A DNA stretch of 63,996 nucleotides, filler included, from an uncultured Methanosarcinales archaeon (GTDB lineage Archaea > Nanobdellota > Nanobdellia > Woesearchaeales > CALCXY01), in assembly GCA_964385185.1 (NCBI GenBank). It is 3 parts of 3 records of this genome, joined end to end, with 100 filler letters (N's around TTAATTAATTAA, not from the genome) between each part and the next. Parts side by side here need not be neighbours in the genome. Positions count along the whole stretch, not along the records: positions 1 to 24,444 come from CAYLOA010000017.1; 2 more parts are not named here. The stretch is one strand, 5' to 3'. Every line of letters begins with the position of its first letter. Within the stretch, counting starts at the first letter, position 1. Under the pieces are notes generated by a model that was given only the letters and a program-made list of their open reading frames with translations, searched no databases and was not told where the DNA came from. The translations under genes were made by a program, and so were the position numbers. This document shows positions 1 to 8,518 of the stretch, piece after piece.

Positions 1-255
1 ATAATCTCCTTAGAACGAATTTGACTACCTACGCCAATGGGTCAGTTGCTGATAATATTCGTTTGACAAACTTTCGTCAAAAAGTTTTTGTCAAAAATTT
101 TAATGATAAACTGTAAAGGTTCGCCAAAACCTATTTATAATTAGTTTCTAGGATTTGTTATATATAAATGTTTGCTATTTAGGATATAGATATTGCAATA
201 TGTATATTAGAGTGGTTATGTTATTTTTTAGTGTTATAGACGAGAAATGAGAGAA

Positions 256-1689
256 TTAGTCTATAATTATAGTATCATTCCTTTCTGGTCCAGTTGAGAC
301 AAGAACTACGTTTCCACCTGTTGCTTCTGCCATACGATTGACATATGCTACTGCCTCTCTTGGGAGGTGATCCATAGATTTTGCCGCTGTTGTAAATTCA
401 GACCAGCCAGATAACTGCTCAAGTTTTGGTTCAATCTTACTGGGCCAGATTGCTTCTCTTGGATATGATTCTACAGATTGTCCTTCTTGGACTTTTCCAT
501 ATGGTGTATCGCCGGTAAAGTTCCATGTATATCCTGTTGCCATATCTAACGTTTCAATTTTGTCAAGTACGTCTAATTTCATGACTGCTAAGTCTTGAAT
601 ACCATTTACTTCCATTGCGAATTTTGTTGCAACTGCATCAAAAGCACCTGTTCTTCTATGTCTTTTGGTTGTTGCACCATATTCTCCCCCCTGACCTCTA
701 AATCCTATGCCCCTTAGGAAAGCATCATTACCATTTGCTAATTCCAATGAATCTCCAAATTCTTCATCTTCGACCTGTTTGACCCACCTTTTACCACCAT
801 CTTCTGCGCAATGCTTTTCTGATTTTTCTCCACCATATTCTGAGGGAAATGGACCATTTCCAACTCTAGTGGCGTATGCTTTTGCGATCCCTAATTTGTA
901 TATAGTGGATTCTAGACCTGGATGGATGTCACAACCTGATATTAACCCTGATGCAGTACAATCTGAAGACGTTACCATAGGATAAGATCCAAATTCTACA
1001 CTTAGATGTGTTCCTTGTGCCCCTTCGAGGACAATATTATTACCTGCTTTGATGTGTTTCAACACTATTTCACGGGTTGGCCTTACCAGATCCTTATAAA
1101 ATTCAAAATTTTCAAATGTTTGTTCTAGAACTTGTTCGACCCTCTCAGATGAAGATCCAATTAACGTTCCCATTTTTCGAAGTTGGGAAGCTGTATAATC
1201 ACGATTGTGTAAATCACCCATTAATACTCCAAACCTACTACCCTTAGCAGCATATGTGGGGCCAACTCCTTTCATTGTCGTGCCTACTTTTAGTAACTTA
1301 TCAATCCTTACTTCATCATCTATATGGAGACCTGTTGTGAGATGTGCATCTTTGCTAATATATAGTCTCTCCTTTAATAGTCTCTCCTTTACTGGGATTC
1401 CTTGAGCTTCCAGTTGTTTAATTTCATTGATGAGATGAGCATCACTAATTACCATGCCTCTTCCCATTATGTTTTCAATATCATGAAGAATTCCTGCAGG
1501 AACGAGATGTGTGATAATTTCGTGTCCCATTACATTCATGGTGTGCCCAGCGTTCGCTCCACCTGTTCCTCTGACATTCAAGGAAGCATCTTCACAAAGA
1601 AGATCGACAATTTTACCCTTTCCACTATCTCCAAAAGAAAGATCGATTACAGCTGCAATTTGATGATGATTAAAATAAGGTAGTCCCAT
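256..1689 (-). CDS. purA: Adenylosuccinate synthetase
   Basis: Motifs FGDSGKGK, GGANAGHT, LEGAQG, TRVGNGPFP, EYGATTKRHRR, KLDVLD. Confidence 0.97.
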   Translation of the reverse strand: MGLPYFNHHQIAAVIDLSFGDSGKGKIVDLLCEDASLNVRGTGGANAGHTMNVMGHEIITHLVPAGILHDIENIMGRGMVISDAHLINEIKQLEAQGIPVKERLLKERLYISKDAHLTTGLHIDDEVRIDKLLKVGTTMKGVGPTYAAKGSRFGVLMGDLHNRDYTASQLRKMGTLIGSSSERVEQVLEQTFENFEFYKDLVRPTREIVLKHIKAGNNIVLEGAQGTHLSVEFGSYPMVTSSDCTASGLISGCDIHPGLESTIYKLGIAKAYATRVGNGPFPSEYGGEKSEKHCAEDGGKRWVKQVEDEEFGDSLELANGNDAFLRGIGFRGQGGEYGATTKRHRRTGAFDAVATKFAMEVNGIQDLAVMKLDVLDKIETLDMATGYTWNFTGDTPYGKVQEGQSVESYPREAIWPSKIEPKLEQLSGWSEFTTAAKSMDHLPREAVAYVNRMAEATGGNVVLVSTGPERNDTIIID

Positions 1690-1758
1690 ACTAGAAGAAA
1701 TAATAATAGAAAGAGGTTATAAATATTTCGTAACTAGAGGACCTATTGATTATGTATT

Positions 1759-3300
1759 TCATACCTTATGATCTTGGGCGTATGTTGAGCTTTGGAGTGT
1801 AAATATACCATGTGCTCCAGATTCTTCTATAGTGGCTGGAGAAATTACTTGAAGATGTGCTGTATCATGTAGTTGTTGGATGTTTCGACATCCAAATTTA
1901 CGAAGGCCGTCACGAATTTTTAATAGTGTTTGGTTAACATTTGTAGATAACGGTCCTGAGCACACTATTTTTCCTTCGACACCTTCCTCAAAGTGACCAT
2001 TCTCTGCATCATACCTATCCCAATTTTTTGCTCGTTGTGATCCTTCTCCCCAATAGGGTTTAAATCGAATGTTGTTTTCATTAATTAAGTTTGGAGGACT
2101 TTCGTTGCATGCTGCAAAATATCTTCCCATCATAACATGATCTGCCCCTAAAGCTAAGGCCACATTAATTTGACCATCTGCACTTATCGATCCGTCACCC
2201 ATCAGTGGAATATATATTCCTGTATCTTCAAAATAGGTGTCACGAGCTTGAGCCACTTCTAGAATTGCAGATCCTTGCCCCTTACCCATGCTTGTTTGTT
2301 GTCTCGTGATGCAGATTGAACCTCCTCCAATCCCTATTTTTATAAAATCGAGGTCAGCTTCCTTTACTAGATAATTAAATGCTCTCTCATTGGTAATATT
2401 TCCTCCTCCTAGAATAATTTCCTTTCCGTATTTACCTCTGATCCATGTAGCAGCATTCTTTTGATGTTCAGAGTAACCTTGAGAGGAATCAAAACAAAGT
2501 ACATCTGCTCCTGCATCTATGAGTGCGGGAACTCTGTCTTTATAGTCTCTTGTACTTATTGCAGCTGCAACTCTAATACGCTTATCATCGTCTACTAATT
2601 GGTGTGGAAATGCATTTCGACCCTCCCAATCCTTACGGAATACTATTGATTTAAGGTGACGATCTCGTGATAATATTGGAAGTTTTCCTTTTTTCTGATC
2701 ATAGAGAAGGCTATTCGCATCTCCCAAGGAGATACTTTCACTCGCAAAAACTAAGTCCTTGAGTGGTGTCATAAAATCCCTAACAGGTTGTGATGTATCA
2801 CTGTAGCCTATGAGATAGTCATTCCTTGTAAGCAGACCTAAAAGTTCTCCATGAGGAGTTCCATCATCAGTTACAGCTACTGTTGAATGTCCTGTTTGAT
2901 TTGTAATTTCAATTGCTGCCTCGAGGCTTTGGGAAGGTTGTACATTAGCTTCAGAAATGACAAATCCTGCTTTATGATTCTTAACTTCTTTTACCATTGC
3001 TGCTTGACGGTCGATTTTTTGAGAACAAAAAATAAAACCGAGACCACCTTCCATTCCAAGTGAGATGGCAGTTTTTGGACCTGTTGCAGCTTGCATTGCA
3101 GCTGATGCTAATGGATTATTAAGATATAAGGGAGATTCTTCTTCTCCTTTTCTAAATCGGGCTAGTGGAGTTTTTAAGTCTACATCTTGTGGATTTAAAT
3201 CTGCCGGGACGAGACCTTCTTCAATTAGAAATTCGTATAATGTGTGAGAAATACCTGAATATCCTTGTATACGATCTAGTCTAGAATTTGTTAGTGCCAT
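1759..3300 (-). CDS. guaB: IMP dehydrogenase with CBS pair
   Basis: Catalytic loop GIGGGSICIT, DSSQG, MMGRYFA, EEGVEG. Confidence 0.95.
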   Translation of the reverse strand: MALTNSRLDRIQGYSGISHTLYEFLIEEGLVPADLNPQDVDLKTPLARFRKGEEESPLYLNNPLASAAMQAATGPKTAISLGMEGGLGFIFCSQKIDRQAAMVKEVKNHKAGFVISEANVQPSQSLEAAIEITNQTGHSTVAVTDDGTPHGELLGLLTRNDYLIGYSDTSQPVRDFMTPLKDLVFASESISLGDANSLLYDQKKGKLPILSRDRHLKSIVFRKDWEGRNAFPHQLVDDDKRIRVAAAISTRDYKDRVPALIDAGADVLCFDSSQGYSEHQKNAATWIRGKYGKEIILGGGNITNERAFNYLVKEADLDFIKIGIGGGSICITRQQTSMGKGQGSAILEVAQARDTYFEDTGIYIPLMGDGSISADGQINVALALGADHVMMGRYFAACNESPPNLINENNIRFKPYWGEGSQRAKNWDRYDAENGHFEEGVEGKIVCSGPLSTNVNQTLLKIRDGLRKFGCRNIQQLHDTAHLQVISPATIEESGAHGIFTLQSSTYAQDHKV

Positions 3301-3348
3301 ACCTAATTAAGTAGAAACTTGTTTATATAGATTTGGATTGTTGAGAAG

Positions 3349-3999
3349 TTATTTCTTTTTCTTCTTAGGTGTTCCTAGGTTTTTAAGAAAGTCTTTGGTT
3401 ACTTTGATGCCTTTTTTCACATGATGTTGCCATTCTCCTTGATAAAAGGGAATATCTTCTATTCTATTAGGCTGACCGCCAAAGTCTCTGAAAAACATTA
3501 CTTCTTCCATGCCGAACTCTGGAGGAGGAGGAGGGTTTTCATCTGGATATCCTACTGTGATTATAGCTTGTGGACGTGCTTGATCTGGTATGTTGCAAAG
3601 TGTTTTTATCTTTGCTTCGTCAAATGCTCCTATCCAGCATGCTCCTAAGCCTTGATTGTGTGCTTCTATTAACATGGACATAGTAGCTGCAGCTGAATTT
3701 TGTACGCTGTATAGTCTTTCTCCTCTTACTCCATAGAATTGTCTTACTTTGTCAGGTTCTGTTACAACTATAATTATTGAGGGTGCTTTTGCTATCCACC
3801 ATTGTTGGAGGCATGCTTCTGCTATTTTCTTTCTTTTTTCTGGGTCTTCGATTAATAGAAATTTCCAGTTTTGAATATTACCTGCAGAAGGCGCAGCTTT
3901 GCCCGATTCCATAATTCTTCCCATTTTTTCTCTTTCTATGGGTATGTCTAGGTATTTTCTAATGGAGCGACGGGTTAAGAGTGCTTCTGTTACTTCCAT
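3349..3999 (-). CDS. Nitroreductase family protein
   Basis: RRSIRKY, APSAGNIQNW, GLGACWIGAF. Confidence 0.93.
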   Translation of the reverse strand: MEVTEALLTRRSIRKYLDIPIEREKMGRIMESGKAAPSAGNIQNWKFLLIEDPEKRKKIAEACLQQWWIAKAPSIIIVVTEPDKVRQFYGVRGERLYSVQNSAAATMSMLIEAHNQGLGACWIGAFDEAKIKTLCNIPDQARPQAIITVGYPDENPPPPPEFGMEEVMFFRDFGGQPNRIEDIPFYQGEWQHHVKKGIKVTKDFLKNLGTPKKKKK

Positions 4000-4048
4000 A
4001 GTTGGTCTATGATTGTAGGTTTATTTAAAGGTTACTGATAATGTTTTT

Positions 4049-4687
4049 TTAAAAATACTCAGAATCCCCTTCCAGTATTCTGTTCAAAAGGTTATATATT
4101 TCTGGGTCCATTTCTTTTAGTTTGTCATGTTTTGATCCGAAGAATACTAGTGTTCTTTTGTCACGCATAAAGGCTGATCCTGAGTGGGCGAAGTATTCTT
4201 CCTCTGCGTTGCGTTCATCCTCTTTAATTCTGGAGTCTATGAGTGCATTTTTTTTATCGGCAGATTCATAGAGACTTCTTATTAGGCTTTTTGTTTTCGT
4301 ATTGAGCATATCATAGACATAGTGAAAGAGTTCATGTTGTATGACTGGGTGATTTACTAAGTCAGTAACCATAGTGAGACTTCCTATTTGAGTTCCATCG
4401 ATTTCTTTTGCTGCTATTCTTTCTGCTGCCTGGGCGACTTGACCAGTTCTTTTTGCCTTTTCAGTGAGGATATCCATAAGCTCTTTGTTCTGGATTATTT
4501 TCCATTCATCATCTAATCTGCTTGGGATAGGACAAATAGTAATACCTTGCTGTGCGATATAGACAAAAAGATGATGAAATCCCTCTAGGGCTACTTCAAT
4601 ATGGTGATAGATGTCTTTGTTTGTTTTTTCTTCGAAGAACTTTGCAAATGACTTTGATTCTTTGATTATGTCTTTTATGAAGGTCAT
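4049..4687 (-). CDS. Hypothetical protein
   Basis: 212-aa ORF co-oriented with neighbours; no recognised motif. Confidence 0.7.
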   Translation of the reverse strand: MTFIKDIIKESKSFAKFFEEKTNKDIYHHIEVALEGFHHLFVYIAQQGITICPIPSRLDDEWKIIQNKELMDILTEKAKRTGQVAQAAERIAAKEIDGTQIGSLTMVTDLVNHPVIQHELFHYVYDMLNTKTKSLIRSLYESADKKNALIDSRIKEDERNAEEEYFAHSGSAFMRDKRTLVFFGSKHDKLKEMDPEIYNLLNRILEGDSEYF

Positions 4688-4739
4688 ATTAGGTTTTTAA
4701 TAGGTAATCTTTATTAAGATTTAGATATTTGTGTGGTGT

Positions 4740-6482
4740 ATGAAATACTCAGATTTAGTGGAAGTGTATGAAGAGCTTGAAAGTACTTCTAAAAGGTTAG
4801 AGAAGACTAGGATTATTGCTAAGTTTTTGCGTACTGTTAAGGTTGGTGATTTAGAGCAGGTTTGTTTGCTTTTGCAGGGTAAGGTGTTTCAGCAGTATGA
4901 TGAGGCGAAGCTAGGAGTTGCTGCACGGTTGGTTTTGAAGGCTTTGGCAACTGCTTCTGGTGAGAGTGTAGGTGTGATTGAGAAGAAGTGGAAAAGTTTA
5001 GGGGATTTAGGTGATGTGGGAAAAGATATTCTAGGGAAGAAGAAACAAGCTACGCTTTTTAGTGCTGAGTTGACTGTCCAGAAGGTGTTTGATAATCTTA
5101 CTAAGTTGAGTGGATTGGTTGGAAGTGGTACTGTTGGGAAGAAGGTTGGTTATGTTTCTGAGTTGCTTACTTCTGCGAAAGCTGCTGAGGCAAAATATAT
5201 TGTACGGATTGTTTTGGAAGAGTTACGAGTTGGTGTAGCAGATGGAACTTTAAGGGATGCTATTGTTTGGGCTTTTTTTGGGAAAGAGATAGATGTTGAT
5301 TTAGTAGGGGAAGTAGAGATTGGTAATCGAGAGGAGTATGTGAAATACAATACTTTGGTGCAGGAAGCCTTCGATGTAAGTAATAATTGGGGTGCTGTTG
5401 CTAAGATTGCCAAAGAGAAAGGAGCTACTGGATTGGCAAGGGTGAGTATTAAGGTGTTTGTTCCGATTAAAGTTATGCTTGGTCCTAAAGAAGAGGATCC
5501 TAAGAGTGCTCTTGAAAGAGTGGGGAGTCCTTGTCAAGCCGAATTTAAGTATGATGGATTTAGGATTGAAGTGCATAAAGAAAGTGATAAGGTTGAATTG
5601 TATACTCGACGGTTGGAGAAAGTGACTAAACAATTTCCTGAAGTTGTTCAGTATATTTTGGATCATGTCAAGGGGAAGAGTTTTATCTTAGATTGTGAAG
5701 CGGTTGGCTTTGATGGAAAATCAGGTGAGTATCTTCCATTCCAACATATTTCGCAAAGAATCCGTCGTAAGTATGATATTGAAGATCTTGCTCGAAAATT
5801 ACCTGTTGAGTTGAATGTTTTTGATATACTTTTTTTTGAAGGGAAGAATATGATTGGTGAGGAGTTTGGTGAGCGTCGTAAGTTGTTGGAGAAGATTGTT
5901 AAGCCTGTCAAAAAGAAAATTCGACCTGCTGAAGGGAAGATTGTCAAAAATGAGAAAGAGGTTTCGGAATTGTATGCTAATAGTTTGGCTGCTGGCAATG
6001 AAGGGTTGATGTTAAAGAAATTAGATGCGCCGTATAAGCCAGGAGCAAGGGTTGGTTATATGGTAAAGTTAAAACATGCTATGGAAACCTTTGATGTGGT
6101 AGTTGTTGGAGCAGAATGGGGGGAAGGGAAAAGGGCAAAGTGGTTGAGCAGCTTTACTATTGCAGTTCGAAAGGGTGAAGAGTTTTTGGGAGTTGGCAAG
6201 GTTGGGACTGGGATTAAAGAGAAGGCTGAAGAAGGGTTGAGTTTTGGTGATATGACAAAGTTGTTGCGACCCCTTGTGGTTGGCGAGGAGGGGAAGACTG
6301 TTGTTGTCAAGCCAAAGATTGTTCTGGAGATTAGTTTTGAGGAGATTCAGAAAAGTACAAACTATGATTCTGGGTATGCTTTACGGTTTCCTAGGGTTGT
6401 AAGGCTGCGTGATGATAAGGGTGTTGATGAGATTACTTCTCTAAAAATGGTTGAGGGTGCGTTTGAGGGGCAGAGGAAGTAG
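4740..6482 (+). CDS. lig: ATP-dependent DNA ligase
   Basis: EFKYDGFR adenylation motif, EGLMLK, ALRFPR; start taken at ATG 4740. Confidence 0.97.
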   Translation: MKYSDLVEVYEELESTSKRLEKTRIIAKFLRTVKVGDLEQVCLLLQGKVFQQYDEAKLGVAARLVLKALATASGESVGVIEKKWKSLGDLGDVGKDILGKKKQATLFSAELTVQKVFDNLTKLSGLVGSGTVGKKVGYVSELLTSAKAAEAKYIVRIVLEELRVGVADGTLRDAIVWAFFGKEIDVDLVGEVEIGNREEYVKYNTLVQEAFDVSNNWGAVAKIAKEKGATGLARVSIKVFVPIKVMLGPKEEDPKSALERVGSPCQAEFKYDGFRIEVHKESDKVELYTRRLEKVTKQFPEVVQYILDHVKGKSFILDCEAVGFDGKSGEYLPFQHISQRIRRKYDIEDLARKLPVELNVFDILFFEGKNMIGEEFGERRKLLEKIVKPVKKKIRPAEGKIVKNEKEVSELYANSLAAGNEGLMLKKLDAPYKPGARVGYMVKLKHAMETFDVVVVGAEWGEGKRAKWLSSFTIAVRKGEEFLGVGKVGTGIKEKAEEGLSFGDMTKLLRPLVVGEEGKTVVVKPKIVLEISFEEIQKSTNYDSGYALRFPRVVRLRDDKGVDEITSLKMVEGAFEGQRK

Positions 6483-6891
6483 ATGGACTATCCTGGATCT
6501 TACTGTTTTTGTAGAATACTGCAGCAAGGGCTATGCGACCATATTCTGTGGGCCCAATTACAGATTGTGTATAGATTAGTGCTATTCTTCCTTCCAAGAA
6601 TTCTGCAACCTTTTCTCCAAGTAGTATATCTTCCATTCGTTTTCCACAGGCATGAATGAATTTACACTGAAGATCTGTAAAATCACTAACAGTATGTTCA
6701 CAATCTTCTACATCTTCTTTAGTGTTGCGTAAGGTCAGTAGATAACCAATCTTGTTAAAATCCACAGATAGATCTAAATGTGCTTCTATAATGACATTAT
6801 TATTTCCAAGATATTCGTTAATTAATTGCTCTTCTTCTCCTAGGAATTTGTCTATGGTCTTTATGTAACCTTCTCCTGTGAATTGTTTCAT
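6433..6891 (-). CDS. Hypothetical protein
   Basis: 152-aa ORF convergent with and overlapping the end of lig. Confidence 0.55.
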   Translation of the reverse strand: MKQFTGEGYIKTIDKFLGEEEQLINEYLGNNNVIIEAHLDLSVDFNKIGYLLTLRNTKEDVEDCEHTVSDFTDLQCKFIHACGKRMEDILLGEKVAEFLEGRIALIYTQSVIGPTEYGRIALAAVFYKNSKIQDSPSTSSAPQTHPQPFLEK

Positions 6892-7013
6892 ATTCTCGGG
6901 GTTTGGATTCTGTTATTTAATGATTTGTATTTTATAGTGTATTGATTACTTAAGGATAAAGATTAGATGCAAGCAATAACTTTATAAACAACATTTTAAT
7001 CCTTAGTAAGTAT

Positions 7014-7150
7014 GCCCTCGTAGCTTAGACACACCTTGTGTGGAGCAACAGGTAGAGCGTGCGGCTGTTAAATCTGTACGGTCACCGCAAGGTCAGCAGA
7101 GGCATTGAGCATTTGTTCAATGCTGCTGAATTCGAGTCTGCTCGGGGGCG
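7014..7150 (+). tRNA. tRNA-Asn(GTT) with three BHB introns (7029-7048, 7071-7083, 7100-7130)
   Basis: Spliced product GCCCTCG TA GCTT AGCAGGTA GAGC G TGCGG CT GTT AA CCGCA AGGTC AGCAG TTCGAGT CTGCT CGGGGGC G is a canonical cloverleaf; TATA-like tttataaa at 6981-6988. Confidence 0.92.
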
Positions 7151-7169
7151 TTTTTTTATTTTTTAGCAT

Positions 7170-7244
7170 GGGCCCGTAGCATAGTCTGGTTATTGCGCTG
7201 CTCTGATAAGGCAGAGATCGTGAGTTCGAATCTCACCGGGCCCA
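7170..7244 (+). tRNA. tRNA-Ile(GAT), intronless
   Basis: Acceptor GGGCCCG/CGGGCCC, anticodon arm CTGCT-CT GAT AA-GGCAG, T arm GTGAG-TTCGAAT-CTCAC, discriminator A. Confidence 0.96.
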
Positions 7245-7949
7245 GTTTTCTTTAATCAATTTCTCATACTTAGCTTGATGTTTAGGGTTCTGTGGTTGAA
7301 TTTCTTCAAACCATCTTTTCGTAAGATTTACTCCACGAATATGAATAGTGTGTAAATCATTCCATCCGTATTTGGCTCTTTTTTGAACATACAAACCATG
7401 CCTATAATTTAAGTTCGTAAGAATATCGCTTATTTGTTGCATCAAGTGTCCAGAAATAGTTGCCATTTCAATCCGAGGATATAATTTGCCATACAATCTA
7501 TACATGTAAAGACAGCCATCTGTATCGAAAAATCCTCTCAAGAACGCCATTGATAATTCTTGGCTCTTCAATATGGTACTTGGAATGGAAATTTCCTTCT
7601 TTTTTCCAAGAATCAATCCTAAAGATTTATGCTTAAATTGTACAAGGGCGTCACTCCATATTTGAAATCCTACTACTCCTGTTGATTGCATTTCTCTGAG
7701 ATTGATATCAAGATTGAATAAATCTTTGTAGATTTTGCGAATTCTTGAATAGTAATGAGGCTTATCATCGGTAATATGTCCCCTTAATTGATAGAATCCT
7801 TTAGATTTTAATCCATAGTAATTCATGCTTCCGTCTCCAATGTGGAGTCCAATTTCTTCAGCAAGCTTTGGTGTAAACACTTTTGGTAGACACAAATGTT
7901 TTTCCAAGTCAGGTTTGTTGAATGTTATTAATCTGTTATCAAATTTCAT
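7233..7949 (-). CDS. Free-standing LAGLIDADG homing-endonuclease-like protein
   Basis: Two motifs LAEEIGLHIGDGS and FLRGFFDTDGC; stop codon lies inside tRNA-Ile on the opposite strand. Confidence 0.88.
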   Translation of the reverse strand: MKFDNRLITFNKPDLEKHLCLPKVFTPKLAEEIGLHIGDGSMNYYGLKSKGFYQLRGHITDDKPHYYSRIRKIYKDLFNLDINLREMQSTGVVGFQIWSDALVQFKHKSLGLILGKKKEISIPSTILKSQELSMAFLRGFFDTDGCLYMYRLYGKLYPRIEMATISGHLMQQISDILTNLNYRHGLYVQKRAKYGWNDLHTIHIRGVNLTKRWFEEIQPQNPKHQAKYEKLIKENWAR

Positions 7950-8155
7950 TGTAAATCACAATTTATATTATTGATATGAATGTAATTTATTTTTTAAATA
8001 GTCTATGCGTGGTTGTCTTGTGGTTGTGGTTAAACTTTCCAAAACTAGCGGATACTCTTCGAAAATAATTATTTATTTATGTTAATTCTCTAAAGATTTA
8101 CAGTGTTGTGTGATTTGATAACCTTTATAATTAGAGACGGATTACCTATGAATAT

Positions 8156-8238
8156 GCCCCAGTGGTATAGTGGCGACTGCGTAAATCAGCTCGACACTTT
8201 GGACAACATCCTCGCAGGCTCGGAGTTGCCCTGCCTAC
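8156..8238 (+). pseudogene. tRNA-like 5' piece (split, nested or degenerate tRNA; identity unresolved)
   Basis: GCCCCAG TG GTATAGTGG resembles an acceptor 5' strand plus D arm; TATA-like tttataa about 30 nt upstream; T-run at 8239-8244; no local acceptor 3' strand. Confidence 0.5.
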
Positions 8239-8284
8239 TTTTTTCCATTACTTTAATAAATATTGAACGAGTTCCTCTTTTTAT

Positions 8285-8356
8285 GCCCCTGTAGTATAGT
8301 GGATAGCATACAAGCTTGCGGAGCTTGTGACCTGAGTTCAATTCTCAGCAGGGGCG
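8285..8356 (+). tRNA. tRNA-Arg(GCG)
   Basis: Acceptor GCCCCTG/CAGGGGC, anticodon arm CAAGC-TT GCG GA-GCTTG, T arm CTGAG-TTCAATT-CTCAG, discriminator G. Confidence 0.94.
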
Positions 8357-8357
8357 T

Positions 8358-8502
8358 TAGGGGACTGAGCAAAGCGATGTCCCCTATACTCGGCGGTTTG
8401 GGTTCTATCCTTTTTCAAAGGATAGTCTGAGTTCATGTCAGAAATCAAAGATTTCTGAGCATCTCGAGAATCTTCGATTCTCAAGACTTCCCCGCTGGGG
8501 CG
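8358..8502 (+). other. Multi-hairpin block ending in a tRNA-like 3' end (CCCCG CTGGGGC G)
   Basis: Hairpins TAGGGGAC/GTCCCCTA, CTATCCTTT/AAAGGATAG, TCAGAAATC/GATTTCTGA, GAGAATC/GATTCTC; 8495-8501 complementary to 8156-8162. Confidence 0.55.
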
Positions 8503-8518
8503 TTGGTTTATAGTTACA

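Noticed and set aside
20..50. ZTP-riboswitch-like TGGCG..AGGT on the minus strand
   Set aside because: Only a few bases match; the P2 stem and 3' GCCTGGGC element are missing.
7233..7949. LAGLIDADG ORF as an intein or group I intron ORF
   Set aside because: No splice-junction Cys/His-Asn motifs, no host exons, and the flanking tRNA-Ile is complete.
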